Positions 63,541 through 64,000 of a stretch of DNA of 64,000 bases are shown here, in pieces (the first letter of the stretch is position 1; the number at the start of each line of letters is the position of its first letter). The stretch is from Candidatus Nomurabacteria bacterium (GTDB taxonomy: Bacteria > Patescibacteriota > Patescibacteriia > HK-STAS-PATE-3), in NCBI GenBank assembly GCA_023898465.1, contig CP060223.1:704001-768000 (forward strand), written 5' to 3'. The notes beneath the pieces are model-generated. The model saw only the letters and a list, made by a program, of their open reading frames with translations, did no database searches and was not told the origin of the DNA. Made by a program: the position numbers and the translations under genes.

Positions 63541-64000
63541 TGGTTTGCTCCTGTGTCTACTACCGTATCATTACGAGAAAAATGGGTAAGTTTATCAAAA
63601 GGCCAAGCCCGAACCCAGATTCGACCAACGATCGAGTCTCCGGAAATAGGCCCAAATATACGCGAATCCAAACTTGATGGTCGATTATCGCCCATCACAA
63701 AGTATTCATTATCACTCAGGGTGACATCCTCGGTGCCATTGGTATAGATACTCTCAGGCAAATAAATAGATTCATCAAGGGTCATGCCATCCGGGTGCTC
63801 ACTATTAATGATTTGAATTGTGCCGTGTTGCAATTTTACTTCTTCGTTCGGCAATCCAATAATCCGTTTAATATAGAATTCAGACTCCTGTCGTGGATTA
63901 TGAAAGACCACTACTTCACCACGTCGCGGCTCAGAGATGCGATAACTCAACTCATCAATAATAAGGTATTCATTATCATGAAAATTCGGCTCCATCGAGG
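63537..64000 (-). CDS. lepB: signal peptidase I (S26), N-terminally truncated by window edge
   Basis: GDNRPSSLDSR box D/E region; ORF runs off the window. Confidence 0.8.
   Translation of the reverse strand, partial: SMEPNFHDNEYLIIDELSYRISEPRRGEVVVFHNPRQESEFYIKRIIGLPNEEVKLQHGTIQIINSEHPDGMTLDESIYLPESIYTNGTEDVTLSDNEYFVMGDNRPSSLDSRIFGPISGDSIVGRIWVRAWPFDKLTHFSRNDTVVDTGANQ

Noticed and set aside
1-64000. rRNA genes, CRISPR arrays, transposases
   Set aside because: No rRNA-like conserved blocks, regular repeat-spacer arrays or transposase or integrase ORFs were recognised anywhere in the window.

Overview
This 64-kb window is a compact bacterial chromosome segment coded almost entirely on the minus strand. 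Housekeeping genes run at about 45-50% GC: metG, rsmI, an M16 peptidase, glyQS, a Clp/Hsp100 ATPase, tgt, recO, ileS, a GT4 glycosyltransferase, argS, smpB plus a candidate tmRNA, infC-rpmI-rplT, ccdA, tRNA-Asp, comEC (two ORFs), prfB with its conserved +1 frameshift site, htrA, a polysaccharide deacetylase, a NUDIX hydrolase, cobO-nrdJ-nrdR, ftsZ-ftsA, dgkA-ybeY, two TSP3-repeat proteins, a 1864-aa giant surface protein, yqeY, rpsU, a HIT protein, hisS and lepB (partial). By inference only, the gene content suggests a small-genome Patescibacteria/Saccharibacteria-like organism: type IV pilin plus prepilin peptidase plus ComEC, a giant Cys-rich surface protein, a short MetRS, and TATACT boxes close to start codons. 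The backbone is interrupted by at least seven short islets of visibly higher GC, roughly 58-62% by eye. They lie at about 6.6-9.1, 17.15-17.5, 20.4-21.75, 24.7-26.5, 30.7-36.3, 39.45-40.26 and 43.1-43.86 kb and carry hypothetical genes with strong GGAGG-type ribosome-binding sites. The largest islet, 30.7-36.3 kb, sits between tRNA-Asp and comEC. It holds a pilin, a prepilin peptidase, several small membrane and zinc-ribbon proteins, an aberrant tRNA-like element, and two families of repeated structured cis-elements in the 5' leaders of its genes. These elements have compensatory hairpin variants and anti-SD-like tracts and are the most interesting content of the window. No integrase, transposase, CRISPR array or rRNA was seen. 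Hand-derived coordinates are accurate to about +/-2 nt.
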